From NCBI RefSeq assembly GCF_009834535.1, contig NC_045697.1, forward strand, positions 7,814,001 through 7,878,000: 64,000 nt of DNA, in the 5' to 3' direction. This document shows, in pieces, positions 63,184 through 64,000 of the stretch. The number at the start of each line of letters is the position of its first letter. Position 1 is the first letter of the stretch. The DNA is from Camelus ferus (Eukaryota). The notes under the pieces are model-generated. The model did not search any database. It was given only the letters and a program-made list of their open reading frames with translations, and was not told the DNA's origin. Position numbers and translations under genes: made by a program.

Positions 63184-64000
63184 ATATACTACTATTAAAA
63201 TATCTTCATTATTGTCACCGTAACCTGCAAGTCAGTGTCTGAAGCTAGGAATTGTGTCTAATAGTTTGGAATAATGCCCTGTGTAGCTAATATCCAGGAT
63301 TAAGAGCCAAAGAAAATAGTAGTTCAGGATACACATTAGAAATACCAAAATCATTCAATAGAAGGTACAAAATACTTCACGGCTCCTTGAGAATATTCGC
63401 TAGGTAGGAAATCAATTTTCTATCACTACTCTTTGTTGTTGTTCGTTCTACATATTTTTGTTGCTGTTTTTTTTTTTTTCCATTGATTCACTTGGTGTTA
63501 CATAAAATGGGAGGCTGGTTTGTCAATACACACATTTATAACTCCTGAAAGTCAAATTATGTCATTGAAAAAATAGAATTAAAACTCCTTTATCCAAGTG
63601 AAAGGTAGGGACACTACCTAGCCTCATCTCAAGAGATGCTATCTAAATAGTATCCAAATGGTATACCATATATACATATATATGTTTGTATATAATTGCA
63701 AAGGCAACCAGGTATAAGATGTTAACAATAATTTTCCTATTAAAAGTTGAGAGGAAGAGGAATAGGAGACGGGGATGATGGAGCACAAACAGATCTTTCT
63801 GAAGCAATGCTTGTAAAGGCACTGTGCAGTTATATAATAACTACCATAAGAAGTAAATACATAAATTGTTAATAGCAGATGACTCTGGATAGTAAGATTA
63901 GTAATGGGGAAATGTAGAATAGGAAACATACTTTTTTATCATAAGGTATTTATATTATTTGTTTTTTTTATGTCATGGACTATTTGATATTTAAAAATGA

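Noticed and set aside
1..64000. CRISPR arrays, operons or other prokaryote-type systems
   Set aside because: The sequence is clearly mammalian and repeat-laden, with no regularly spaced repeat-spacer array and no long ORFs.

Overview
AT-rich, CpG-poor mammalian genomic DNA, intergenic or deep intronic. I found no protein-coding gene, RNA gene, CpG island or CRISPR array that I can support. About half of the window is recognisable interspersed repeats: a decayed Tigger2 DNA transposon at the left end, old L1M/L1MB/L1MC fragments, many MIR and L2 relics, MaLR (MLT1) and ERVL (MLT2, LTR16) LTRs, two ERVL internal remnants (dUTPase; RT/RNase H), hAT/Tigger MITEs (MER63A, MER44, MER58B, MER20, MER94, MER53) and microsatellites. 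Eight short, young L1 3' ends resemble camelid (camel/alpaca) L1. I saw no Alu, B1, Bov-A/tA, PRE1, SINEC or ERE SINEs, so a camelid source is likely (inference). Family names come from recalled consensus sequences, not a RepeatMasker run, and most boundaries are approximate. The best second-look items are a tiny twin-primed (5'-inverted) L1 insertion with a perfect 17-bp TSD, a pre-miRNA-sized hairpin inside an LTR16 copy, a still-open ERVL dUTPase frame and a kB/STAT/AP-1 motif cluster. I found no convincing novel biological system.
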